From Gemmatimonadota bacterium (lineage in GTDB: Bacteria > Gemmatimonadota > Gemmatimonadetes > Gemmatimonadales > GWC2-71-9), in NCBI GenBank assembly GCA_039587315.1, contig JBDHIS010000004.1, positions 32,144 to 96,143 of the forward strand: a DNA stretch of 64,000 bases, read 5' to 3'. Positions 41,501 through 49,773 of the stretch are shown in pieces (within the stretch, counting starts at the first letter, position 1; the number at the start of each line of letters is the position of its first letter). The translations under genes were made by a program, and so were the position numbers. The notes under the pieces were generated by a model. It worked only from the letters and a program-made list of their open reading frames with translations. It had not been told where the DNA came from and ran no database searches.

Positions 41501-41954
41501 AGAGCGCGCCCACGCCCATCGTGTTGGGTGAACCGAAAGGGAACAGGACGTTGGAGGCGGAGGAAACCGCCACGCCCTTGGGCTGGAACATGTCGCACAG
41601 CGAGAGCTCGAACGCACCGCGACCGGTGTAGATGGAGACGGCCTCGGGTCCGGATTCCTGTTTTATGGCGTTCAGCCGCTCTACGATGGTGTCGTAGGCT
41701 TCATCCCAGCTGATACGCTCGAACTCGTGGGTCCCCTTGGGACCCACGCGCTTCATTGGGTAGCGCAGACGGTGCTCGGAGTAGATGATCTCCGGCGCGT
41801 GCGAGCCCCGCCGGCAGATCATTCCGAGGGGGTGTCCGGTGTCGGCGCGGATGTCCTCGATCTTCCCGTTGCCGACCCCCACCTCCACCCAGCAACCGGC
41901 CGGGCAAATGCCGCAGATGCCCTTCTTCCAATCGAGCTGACCTGAGTCCATCAT
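38547..41954 (-). CDS. Fusion of a Mo/W-bisPGD oxidoreductase and an IscS/NifS-type cysteine desulfurase
   Basis: N-terminal CGICPAGC...C 4Fe-4S motif, RLRYPMKR, GALCY, WGANP, VIDPR, PGTD, DIVLP, domain IV FNSGAR..FRSQH; then YLDNNATT, HTDAVQ, SGHKFHGPKG (PLP Lys), RAGTENV, SSGSAC (catalytic Cys). Single ORF. Confidence 0.93.
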   Translation of the reverse strand: MMDSGQLDWKKGICGICPAGCWVEVGVGNGKIEDIRADTGHPLGMICRRGSHAPEIIYSEHRLRYPMKRVGPKGTHEFERISWDEAYDTIVERLNAIKQESGPEAVSIYTGRGAFELSLCDMFQPKGVAVSSASNVLFPFGSPNTMGVGALCYVSFAMIAPSVTLGRMLVNMFTDMENAEMLVVWGANPATDSPPLDMHRLEAAAKRGADIVVIDPRRTETATRTGAQWIPIRPGTDAALALSMIEVMIDEELFDEAFAEQWCHGFDELATYVQHFRPEVAESITGVPADTIRDLARRICSATGACPVIYTGLEYSNSGIQAIRAVFTLFALAGQLDVPGGIGLAMLDSHFPINRSCNQENPDLDRAVARETFPVYSDFRGESHASGLVKSVLEGDPYRIRGLVVHGASLLTSWPETAVWRETLSKLDFLVCVDRQLTADAAWADIVLPATTMFEIDSYMVYGPIFRLREKLVEPVGEARNDYLIMAELARRLGYGHLYPQTEEELVRFALEGSGHTPESVRAAGGWVKLPTSMMEFKKWEKGGLRTDGEPGFETPTGKFEIWSTTLEEYGYEPLPKYTEPTEGPVARPDLADRFPLVFNSGARPHTDFRSQHHGIDGLAKDNPEPTVEINAADAAARDISTGDLVEVHTPRGSVPFRARVTDDIVRGAVECNMGGGTPVGSKAWQEWNVNELTDLGNYDEVSGFPVYKALLCEVVKVEAGTAATRRTAALAAEACGPVTLSVPMIRTPQRSIYLDNNATTRVADAVREAMLPFLDATHGNPSSIHGVGRDARDAVENARRQVGRLINARPRRMTFTGGGSEADNQALKGVAFAQREKGNHIITSTIEHPAVLETCRFLERVGFRVTYLNVDEYGLVHPDALRGALTAETTLVSVMMANNEVGTVQPIADLCAVAHEHGVLFHTDAVQAAGKVPIDVESLGVDLLTLSGHKFHGPKGVGVLYARRGVKLDPLIHGGKQEGGLRAGTENVPAIVGLGKAAELALQAAQDTGQMRQLRDRLESGVRGLIPDATLNGERERRLPNTLNLTLPGLRGESVVVALDQHGISLSSGSACKSGSPEPTHVLLAMGRDADDVHCSVRFSLSAETTEQDIDDTVSALAQVLEEMETTVRFLPCK

Positions 41955-42046
41955 GCCGTCCTGCGCTACACGGGGGTAGCGCGTTTCGGGGGCACCACGG
42001 TGCCCCGACTCGGGAGTGTCGGGTGGTCAGAGCGGAAGGCTGACCG

Positions 42047-42688
42047 CTAGGGGCTCGTCTCTTCTTCTTCCGCCACGTAGGCGCTCGTGATGACGACGGG
42101 TTCGACCGGGAGAGCCTCGTGGCGGCCCACGCGCCGCGCCGGCACCGCCACTATCGCGTCCACCACGTCCAAGCCATCCACGACGCGGCCGAACACGGCG
42201 TAGCCCCAGCCGTCCGAGAACGTGCCGTAATCCAGCTTCTGGTTGTCCACGACGTTGATGAAGAACTGGGTCGTGGCGCTGTGCGGGTCGGGCAGGCGGG
42301 CCATGGCGACCGTGCCGCGCATATTGCTCAGGCCGTTATCGGCCTCGTTTGTGATGCCGCCGACCGAGCTGGACCGGCCCTGCATCTCGGCGGTGTACTT
42401 GCCGGCCTGGATCATGAACCCGGGACGCACTCTGTGGAACGTGAGCCCGTTGTAGAAGCCGATCCGCACGTGGGCCACGAAGTTGTCCACCGTGATCGGC
42501 GCCTTCTCGCGATCGAGCTCCATTACGATGCGGCCTTGGGTCGTCTCGAGGACTATGGTGGGCGTCGGGTCGGGCGCCACGGCCTCGCCGGCCGGCCGGG
42601 CGGCATCACCTTGGCCGCCTCCTCCCTGGCATGCAGTCAGCAGCACGGCCAGTGCGCCAAATGCCATCGAACAGTGCTTGAATCTCAC
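42047..42688 (-). CDS. Cyclophilin-type peptidyl-prolyl isomerase, lipoprotein
   Basis: GGAGGA RBS, GTG 42688, lipobox LTAC, APITVDNF, FYNGLTFHRV.PGFMIQAG, RGTVAMAR..DPHSATTQFFIN, GYAVFGRVVDG. Confidence 0.93.
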   Translation of the reverse strand: MRFKHCSMAFGALAVLLTACQGGGGQGDAARPAGEAVAPDPTPTIVLETTQGRIVMELDREKAPITVDNFVAHVRIGFYNGLTFHRVRPGFMIQAGKYTAEMQGRSSSVGGITNEADNGLSNMRGTVAMARLPDPHSATTQFFINVVDNQKLDYGTFSDGWGYAVFGRVVDGLDVVDAIVAVPARRVGRHEALPVEPVVITSAYVAEEEETSP

Positions 42689-42817
42689 GCTTCCTCCGTG
42701 CACGGTGTTTTGGACGAACAATAGGGTTCGCTGGACGGCCCCGCCGCGTCAAGTCCTGCGGGCGGTCCCGTTGGCGGGTCCAGCAGCTATTATAGGGGAC
42801 CTCACGAGGAGAGAGAG

Positions 42818-45091
42818 TTGAGTCCCGCCGATCGCGCCACCAAGACAGCCGTCGTATCAGCTGTGGTAACCGCAGCCGCCATGATTGCGTTCCAGATGGC
42901 GGCCAAGGCGACCCGCGACGCGCTGTTTCTGTCCACTTTCGATGTGTCGGCGCTGCCGCGCATGGTGATGGTGTCGGCGTTGGTGTCAATGGCCTTCGCA
43001 CTTCTGGCGTCGCGTCGGATGACCGCGATCGGGCCGGCGAGGCTCGTACCCGCCGCGTTCGCGGTGAGCGCGGCGCTCCTGATCGTGTGGTGGGTGCTCG
43101 TGGGCCAGTTCCGCCGCCCCGTGGCTGTGGCGCTGTACCTGCACTACGCGGCCCTGGGCGCCGTGCTCATCTCCGGGTTCTGGTCGGTCGTGAACGAGCG
43201 CTTCGACCCGCGTACCGCCAAGCGCTACGTGGGCCGTATCGCGGCCGGCGCCACCGTGGGCGGGCTCCTGGGGGGCCTGCTGGCCGAGCGTGTGGCCGTG
43301 CTGTTCACCATGGAAACGATGTTCCCGATTCTCGCCGGGATACACTTGCTCTGCGCGGTACTCGTGCTCGGCGTTCCCGCCCAGTGGCAGCGGCGGCCTG
43401 CAGTCAGCGCGCCGAGGCGGGCCGCCGAGAAGCCGGCCCGGTCGGGGATCAAGGTCATCGCCGAGACCCCGTACCTGCGCGGGCTGGTGACGCTCGTTCT
43501 GTTGGCTACGGTCAGCGAGGTCTTCATCGACTACGTATTCAAGGCGCGCGCCACCGGCACCATTGGTAGGGGCGACGACCTGCTGCGCTTCTTCGCCGTG
43601 TTCTACGCCGGTGCGGCGTTCCTCACCGTCATCGTTCAGGCAGTCGGGGCCCGCGTTCTGCTGCAGCGGCTCGGACTCACCCGTACGGTGGGCCTGCTGC
43701 CGACAGCGGCCGGCCTCGGCAGTGCTGCAGCCATCGCGATACCCGGGCTGCCCTCGGCGGCGGCTGCCCGCGGCGTGGAGCAGGTGACCCGCAACGGGCT
43801 CTACCGCACCGGATACGAGTTGCTCTTCACGCCGCTTCAGCCGGAGCACAAGCGGTCCACCAAGGCTCTGGTGGACGTGGGCGTCGTTCGCCTGGGCGAC
43901 ATCGCCGGCAGTGCGGTCGTGCAGTTGACCCTGGTGGTCGCCGCGGTGGGGGTGATCAACATCCTGCTCGGGCTCGCTATACTGCTGTCGATCGCCGGGG
44001 TCATCGTGGCGAGTCGGTTGCACAAGGGCTACGTAGCGACTCTCGAGAAGAGCCTCCTGTCGCGAGCGGTCGACCTGGACGACCTGGACGACGTCCAGGA
44101 CGTCGCCACGCGAACGGCTGTTCTCCACTCAGCGGGGGCGTTGGGTCTCACTCAAGCGCCGCCGCGCTACACCGCCGAGTTGGAGGCGGTGGCGCACGAG
44201 GCGGCAGCGCTGGCGGTGTCGGGCGAACAGCCGGTGCCGCAGCGCCAGCAGCTCGATCCTGAAATGGAGCGGATCGTGGAGCTCCGGTCGCGCGACGCGA
44301 AGCGCGTTCGGAGGGCCTTGAGAGCAGGGCCAGTCACCCAGGCGTTGGTGCCGCACGTCGTTCCGTTGCTGGCATGGCAGGACGTGGTGGCGGACGTGCT
44401 CCACGCGCTGCGTGAAGTAGCCACCGAGGCGACCGGGCAGCTGGTGGACCACCTGCTCGACCCCGACGAGGAGTTTGCCGTCAGGCGCAGGCTGCCCCTT
44501 GTGCTGGTTGCGAGCCCAACCGAGCGGGCGATGGACGGCCTTTTCCGCGGGCTCGACGACAAACGCTTCGAGGTCCGCTACCGCTGCGGGCGGGGGCTCG
44601 TGCGGTTGCTGGAGCTCAATCCGCAGCTGGGAGTGACTGAGGACCGAGTCTATGCGGCGGTCGTTCGTGAAGTAGCTGTGGACAGGGGCGTGTGGGAGAG
44701 TCACCGCCTACTGGATACGACGGAGGACGATTGGTCTCCCGTTGTGGACGAAGTCTTGAGCGAGCGCGCCAACCGCAGCCTGGAGCACGTGTTCACAGTG
44801 CTGTCGCTGGTGCTGCCGCGGCAACCACTCAAGATCGCCTTCCGCGGGCTCCACACCAACGACATGATGCTGCGCGGGACGGCACTGGAGTACCTGGAAA
44901 CGGCCCTGCGGGAGGACGTGCGAGAGGCGCTGTGGCCGTTCCTGGAAGACAACCGTCCCAAGCGGCGGGAGTCGCGTCCGACGAACGAGATCCTCGAGAA
45001 TCTGCTCCACTCGCAGCACTCGATCGTGATGAATCTCGAGGAGCTGAAGAAGCTGCAGCGGTCCAAGGGTGGAGAGCCGGACGACAACTAG
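42818..45091 (+). CDS. NTT/TLC-family (ATP/ADP translocase-like) carrier fused to a HEAT-repeat domain
   Basis: About 12 TM with AKATRDALFL, FWSVVNERFDPRTAKRY and LYRTGYELLFTPL..HKRSTKALVD; C-terminal helical repeats (DDKRFEVRYRCGRGL, LRGTALEYLE). Confidence 0.8.
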   Translation: MSPADRATKTAVVSAVVTAAAMIAFQMAAKATRDALFLSTFDVSALPRMVMVSALVSMAFALLASRRMTAIGPARLVPAAFAVSAALLIVWWVLVGQFRRPVAVALYLHYAALGAVLISGFWSVVNERFDPRTAKRYVGRIAAGATVGGLLGGLLAERVAVLFTMETMFPILAGIHLLCAVLVLGVPAQWQRRPAVSAPRRAAEKPARSGIKVIAETPYLRGLVTLVLLATVSEVFIDYVFKARATGTIGRGDDLLRFFAVFYAGAAFLTVIVQAVGARVLLQRLGLTRTVGLLPTAAGLGSAAAIAIPGLPSAAAARGVEQVTRNGLYRTGYELLFTPLQPEHKRSTKALVDVGVVRLGDIAGSAVVQLTLVVAAVGVINILLGLAILLSIAGVIVASRLHKGYVATLEKSLLSRAVDLDDLDDVQDVATRTAVLHSAGALGLTQAPPRYTAELEAVAHEAAALAVSGEQPVPQRQQLDPEMERIVELRSRDAKRVRRALRAGPVTQALVPHVVPLLAWQDVVADVLHALREVATEATGQLVDHLLDPDEEFAVRRRLPLVLVASPTERAMDGLFRGLDDKRFEVRYRCGRGLVRLLELNPQLGVTEDRVYAAVVREVAVDRGVWESHRLLDTTEDDWSPVVDEVLSERANRSLEHVFTVLSLVLPRQPLKIAFRGLHTNDMMLRGTALEYLETALREDVREALWPFLEDNRPKRRESRPTNEILENLLHSQHSIVMNLEELKKLQRSKGGEPDDN

Positions 45092-46548
45092 GTGGTCGCT
45101 GCCGCCAGCCGTTCGTAGCGCCGCCCGATCAGGACCGCCAGCACGAGCCAGCATAGCACGAGCGCCACGTTGACCAGCGCGAAGCCCCCGATGCTCAACA
45201 TCAGGACGTTGGCCCCCACGGCGACGACGGCCGCCGACAGCACGTCGCCCGCCCGCCAGAAGAAGGAGTCGATTGCCTGCTTGGCCTTGTACTTCTCCTC
45301 ACGCGTAGTGGGGAGGAACAACGTCTGGCGCACAGTGTTGTTGAGCGAGTAGTCGGTTGCGTTCTCGGCGGTCTTGATCAACCGGATCACCATCAGAATC
45401 GGCACGAAGGCGATCACCGAATAGCCTATGAGGGCGATCACCGGGAGGAACATCAGCGCCCTACTGATTCCCACGTACTTGATGATCCGCGACACCACGA
45501 AGGCCTGGAGCAGGAGTCCCAGCACGTTTACGATGGTGAAGAACGTGGAGTAGAAGGCCGCGATCCGCGCCTGGACGTCCTCCGGTCCCCCTCCCTCGGC
45601 AGCCACCGATTGCTCCGTGAGAGTCTCCACCGTTCGTCCGAGGATGTACTCACCGTTCGTGTTCACCCAGTTGAGCAAGAGGATCAGGAAGGCGATCATC
45701 AGGAGGTAGCGACTGCGAAACACGAGCTGGAATGCGCCGCCTTCGGACTCCTGCTCCAGCGGCTCGACCTGCGGCTCCTCGCCGGGCTCCACGACCTGGA
45801 AGATGCCGCTCTCTCTCTTGTAATCGGATTCGGGAACCCTGAACTCGCCGGTCGCGGCTCGAAACTGTCCTGTAGCGGCGGGCATCGTCCCGGTCGTGAA
45901 CGGGTCCGGCAGGTGCGCCTCGGTCCTGTAACGCTCGCGGCCGTCCACGACGTTCGTGATGACGGCGGCCAGCAGCAGAAATACCGCAGAGATGATGAAC
46001 AACTGGTAGATGCCGATGCCACTCAGCAGGTTCGGTATGTAGCTGCCCACCACGGCGCCAGCCGACGCCCCGAAGCCCAGAATTGGGAAGAGGCGTTTGC
46101 CCTCCTCGGTGGTGTACACGTCGTTGGCGAACGCCCAGAACTGGGCGACCATCATCACGTTGAAGATCCCGACCCAGACGAAGAACGCCACTCCCAGCGC
46201 GAAGCCGGAAAAGCCGGAGACTGCGAGAGCGTAGAACACCCCGAGACAGGCGACGAAGAAAGCTGTGACGCCGTTGATGAGGCGCCGCCGCGGCACGCGC
46301 GCCGCAAAGGCTCCGTAGGCTGGAACGAGGATGAGCAGCAGGACGACCTGGCCCGCAGACGTGTAGCTCTTCACCTCCGCGGTCGCGCCGCCCAGGATCA
46401 GCGCCTCGCGCACCACCTTCAGCACGTAGTAGGCGCTGAGAATGAGAAAGACGTTGAGCGTGAGGAGGAGGACGTTCACGCTCTCCCCGGCGCGTACCTC
46501 CGTGAACAGGCGAAGGAGTCTGTCGACCGGGCTGGGCCGGGAGTTCAT
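45088..46548 (-). CDS. NTT/TLC-family (Npt1/Npt2-like) nucleotide transporter
   Basis: YYVLKVVRE, QFWAFANDVYTTEEGKRLFPILG (cf. NTT FWGFANQIT..EAKRFY), DYSLNNTVRQTLFLPTTREEKYKAKQAID (cf. KYSLFD..KEMAYIPL..KGKAAID). Confidence 0.88.
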   Translation of the reverse strand: MNSRPSPVDRLLRLFTEVRAGESVNVLLLTLNVFLILSAYYVLKVVREALILGGATAEVKSYTSAGQVVLLLILVPAYGAFAARVPRRRLINGVTAFFVACLGVFYALAVSGFSGFALGVAFFVWVGIFNVMMVAQFWAFANDVYTTEEGKRLFPILGFGASAGAVVGSYIPNLLSGIGIYQLFIISAVFLLLAAVITNVVDGRERYRTEAHLPDPFTTGTMPAATGQFRAATGEFRVPESDYKRESGIFQVVEPGEEPQVEPLEQESEGGAFQLVFRSRYLLMIAFLILLLNWVNTNGEYILGRTVETLTEQSVAAEGGGPEDVQARIAAFYSTFFTIVNVLGLLLQAFVVSRIIKYVGISRALMFLPVIALIGYSVIAFVPILMVIRLIKTAENATDYSLNNTVRQTLFLPTTREEKYKAKQAIDSFFWRAGDVLSAAVVAVGANVLMLSIGGFALVNVALVLCWLVLAVLIGRRYERLAAATT

Positions 46549-46576
46549 GACTCTCGCCTCCTGCTCGTCACGTGCT

Positions 46577-48031
46577 CTACCGCGCGCCTTCCGCGGCCGG
46601 GTGCGAGCCCGACCACAACTCGGCCGTGGCTTCCACGGAGCTCTCCGATATGCCCTCGGCCGCGGCCACCGAGTCGGCCGGTAGTAGCACGCGACCCAGT
46701 ATCAAAGCCAAGGCGCCCGCTACGGCCGTGGCTACCAGCACGCCCAACTTCTCGACACCCAGCAGGTACGATCCGCTGAATGCCAGCTCCGCGATGAAGA
46801 TGGCCATCGTGAACCCGATGCCGGCGGCGAACCCCACCACCAGCATTCCGCGCCAATTCACCCCCTGCGGCAGAACGCAGAGCTTGAGCTTGATGGCCAG
46901 CCAACTGAGCGCGAGCACGCCAACCGGCTTGCCGACGAGCAGGCCCAATGTCACGCCGATCAAGGCGGCCATCGCGCCGGGTGCCTCGAGGCTGATTCCC
47001 GCCAGGGCCACGCCCGCGTTGGCCAGTGCGAACAGCGGCATGATTCCGTAGGCGACCCAGGAGTGCAACTGGTGCTCGAGCCGGATCACGGGCGCCACCG
47101 CCTCGCGACTCGCGAATCCGATCTCCTCGAGCGGCTCGATCAATGCGGTGCCCGTCTCGCCCTCCTCCGCCCGCTGCTTGAACTTCTGCAGCGACTTCTG
47201 CGCCGTCTTGAGGAAGCCCATCGGTCCGTACCAGGCGCGTGCCGGCGCCATCAGTCCCACTATCACCCCGGCAATCGATGGGTGGATTCCGGCGTGGTAG
47301 AGCCCGCCCCAGATGAGCAGGAAGGGCGGGATCAAAGTGGCCCCGGGCCGCACGCCCATTCGGCCGTACAACCAGACTACGAAGACGCCGCCGAGCGCGA
47401 TGAAAAGCCCCTCCACGGCGAACCCGGTCGTGTAGAACAGTGCGATCACCAGAATCGCACCGAGGTCGTCGATCACGGCGAAGGCCAACAGCAGAACCCG
47501 CAGGGCGGGGTGGACCCTCCTGCCGAGCAGCGCCAGCACCCCGACCGCGAACGCGATGTCGGTCGCCATCGGCACTCCCCAGCCGTGCTGCGCTGGTCCG
47601 CCCATGGTGATGGCTGCGTAGATGGTTGCCGGGACCAGCATCCCGCCGATCGCGGCCGCAATTGGAAGGGCTGCGCGCTTCATGTCCGAAAGCGCGCCGT
47701 CCACCATCTCTCGCTTGATCTCCAGGCCCGCCACCAGGAAGAACACTGCCATCAGGAGATCGTTGATCCAGAAGTGCAGCGACTTGTCCATCGTCCACTC
47801 GCCGATCCCGATCCGGAACGGCGTGTACCACAGCGCCTCGTAGCTGTGGGCCCACGGCGAGTTGGCCCAGAACAAGGCCGTCGCCGCGGCGATTATCAGC
47901 AGAATCCCGCTTGCCGCCTCGATGTGTAGGAAACGCTCGATGGGGCGTCGCATCGCCTGGGCGACGCGGAGTGCCGGAAGCCGGGCCTCGGGCGGGATCG
48001 TCGGGAACCCCGGGGAGCTATCGTCGTTCAC
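46577..48031 (-). CDS. nhaA: Na+/H+ antiporter NhaA
   Basis: EAASGILL, WINDLLMAVFFLVAGLEIKRE, GWGVPMATDIAF, AVIDDLGAI, PLFALANAG, GIGFTMAIFIA; GTG 48031. Confidence 0.95.
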   Translation of the reverse strand: MNDDSSPGFPTIPPEARLPALRVAQAMRRPIERFLHIEAASGILLIIAAATALFWANSPWAHSYEALWYTPFRIGIGEWTMDKSLHFWINDLLMAVFFLVAGLEIKREMVDGALSDMKRAALPIAAAIGGMLVPATIYAAITMGGPAQHGWGVPMATDIAFAVGVLALLGRRVHPALRVLLLAFAVIDDLGAILVIALFYTTGFAVEGLFIALGGVFVVWLYGRMGVRPGATLIPPFLLIWGGLYHAGIHPSIAGVIVGLMAPARAWYGPMGFLKTAQKSLQKFKQRAEEGETGTALIEPLEEIGFASREAVAPVIRLEHQLHSWVAYGIMPLFALANAGVALAGISLEAPGAMAALIGVTLGLLVGKPVGVLALSWLAIKLKLCVLPQGVNWRGMLVVGFAAGIGFTMAIFIAELAFSGSYLLGVEKLGVLVATAVAGALALILGRVLLPADSVAAAEGISESSVEATAELWSGSHPAAEGAR

Positions 48032-48159
48032 AGTGCGCGTATCCGTCCTGGGTTGGGGTGTTGGTATTCGAGGGACAATATCACTCCGGGTGAACGGCGC
48101 AAGGCGCGGCCGGTTCCCAATCGAGCCCCGGGCGTGATACTGTTGCTGGAGGAGCAACC

Positions 48160-49764
48160 ATGACTGACATCCAGATCCCGGACAAGCGACCGCGCCACGC
48201 CCCAACCGGGAGCGGCGGCGCGCTCCCGCCCGATCTGCTCGAGGCTGCCTCGCGCCGGCTGGGAGTGGCGAGCCTGCTATGGGCTGGCCTATGGGTGCTG
48301 GCGTTGGTCATGAACAACGTGGTGGGGCCGGCGCTCTCGCCTGGCACGCCGCTCGACGACGCATGGCCGTGGCCCGGGAACCCCGTGGCCATCGGCGTGA
48401 TCGTGATCTCTCTCGCGCTGTTTGCCTACACGCGGTGGCATGCGTGCGACTGCGAGCTCTCGCTCGATCTCGGACTCGTCTACGAGGTCGTGTTGGCCTT
48501 CGCGATCGGGTTCGTGAACCAGTGGACGCCCAACGTGATCGGTCTGTCGTGGATATGCGTCCTGGTGCTGGTGCATCCGATGATCGTGCCGCACACCAGG
48601 GGGAAGACGTTGGTGGCGGCCCTCATCGCGGCGTCCATGGACCCGGTGGGCCTCGCGATCACGGCCGCTCGTGGCGTCGCGCTCCCACCCGCGGCGGTGC
48701 TCCTATGGGCCGTGCTCCCCAACTACATCTGCGCCCTCATAGCAGTCGTGCCGGTAGGGATCATCACGCGGCTGGGCCGGCAGGTGCGTGATGCTCGCGA
48801 ACTCGGCAGCTATCAGATGGGTGACCTGCTGGGTCGGGGGGGGATGGGAGAGGTGTATGGGGCCAACCACCGGTTGCTGCGGCGACCGGCCGCAATCAAG
48901 GTGATCCGACGTGACGCGCTGGGCGCGCGCAGTAGCGAGGGAGCGAGCACCATTGTCCAGCGCTTCAAGCGCGAGGCGGAAGCGGCCGCGCGGCTATACT
49001 CGCCGCATACGACAGCCCTATACGACTTCGGCGTGACCGAGGACGGGAACTTCTACACCGTGATGGAGCTCCTGCGGGGGATCGATCTCGATTCGCTGGT
49101 GGATCGGTTCGGGCCGGTGCCGCCAGCCCGTGTGGTGTACCTGCTCACTCAGGCGTGCCACTCCCTCGCTGAGGCGCACGCGCTCGGTCTGGTCCATAGG
49201 GACGTGAAGCCGGCCAACCTGTACACCTGTTGGGTTGGGCTCGAGGCGGACTTCGTCAAGGTGCTCGATTTCGGCCTCGTGAAGCCCCCGCCCGAAGAGG
49301 AGGACCAGGTCAAGCTCACCGCGCCGGATCTCACTACAGGCACGCCTGCGTACATGGCGCCCGAGCTCGCTCTGCGGCAGGATCCAGACTGGCGCGCGGA
49401 CGTCTACTCGCTGGGCTGCGTCGCATACTGGCTGCTCACCGGCAATCTCGTGTTCCAGGCCGACACTCCGATGAAGATGATGCTGCGTCACGTGGATACG
49501 CCGCCGCTGCCGCCCTCGCGCCAAAGCGAGCTGGACATCCCGCCGTCGCTAGATGATGTGGTGATGGCGTGCCTGGAGAAGGACCGGCGGCGGAGGCCGT
49601 CGAGTGCGGAGGCACTGGCGCGCCAACTATCGGAGTGTGACGTGGGTGAGCCGTGGAGCCGGGAGCGGGCCGACGTGTGGTGGCGTGCTCATCTGCCCGA
49701 CCTGGTACCGAGCCGCGCAGGAGGTGCGTCCGAACCGAGAGCGTCGGCGACAGCCAACGCCTGA
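48160..49764 (+). CDS. Ser/Thr kinase with N-terminal multi-TM sensor domain
   Basis: About 6 TM, then LGRQVRDARELGSY, GRGGMGEVY, AAIKVI, HRDVKPAN, DFGLVK, GTPAYMAPE. Confidence 0.95.
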   Translation: MTDIQIPDKRPRHAPTGSGGALPPDLLEAASRRLGVASLLWAGLWVLALVMNNVVGPALSPGTPLDDAWPWPGNPVAIGVIVISLALFAYTRWHACDCELSLDLGLVYEVVLAFAIGFVNQWTPNVIGLSWICVLVLVHPMIVPHTRGKTLVAALIAASMDPVGLAITAARGVALPPAAVLLWAVLPNYICALIAVVPVGIITRLGRQVRDARELGSYQMGDLLGRGGMGEVYGANHRLLRRPAAIKVIRRDALGARSSEGASTIVQRFKREAEAAARLYSPHTTALYDFGVTEDGNFYTVMELLRGIDLDSLVDRFGPVPPARVVYLLTQACHSLAEAHALGLVHRDVKPANLYTCWVGLEADFVKVLDFGLVKPPPEEEDQVKLTAPDLTTGTPAYMAPELALRQDPDWRADVYSLGCVAYWLLTGNLVFQADTPMKMMLRHVDTPPLPPSRQSELDIPPSLDDVVMACLEKDRRRRPSSAEALARQLSECDVGEPWSRERADVWWRAHLPDLVPSRAGGASEPRASATANA

Positions 49765-49773
49765 GCCGTCGCG

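Noticed and set aside
41955-42046. Assignment of the Mo-enzyme leader as a Moco riboswitch
   Set aside because: Fragments (ACTCCCGAG, GAAAC, CCCCGT) are reminiscent, but I could not build the multi-stem junction or a properly closed GNRA loop; needs a covariance-model search.
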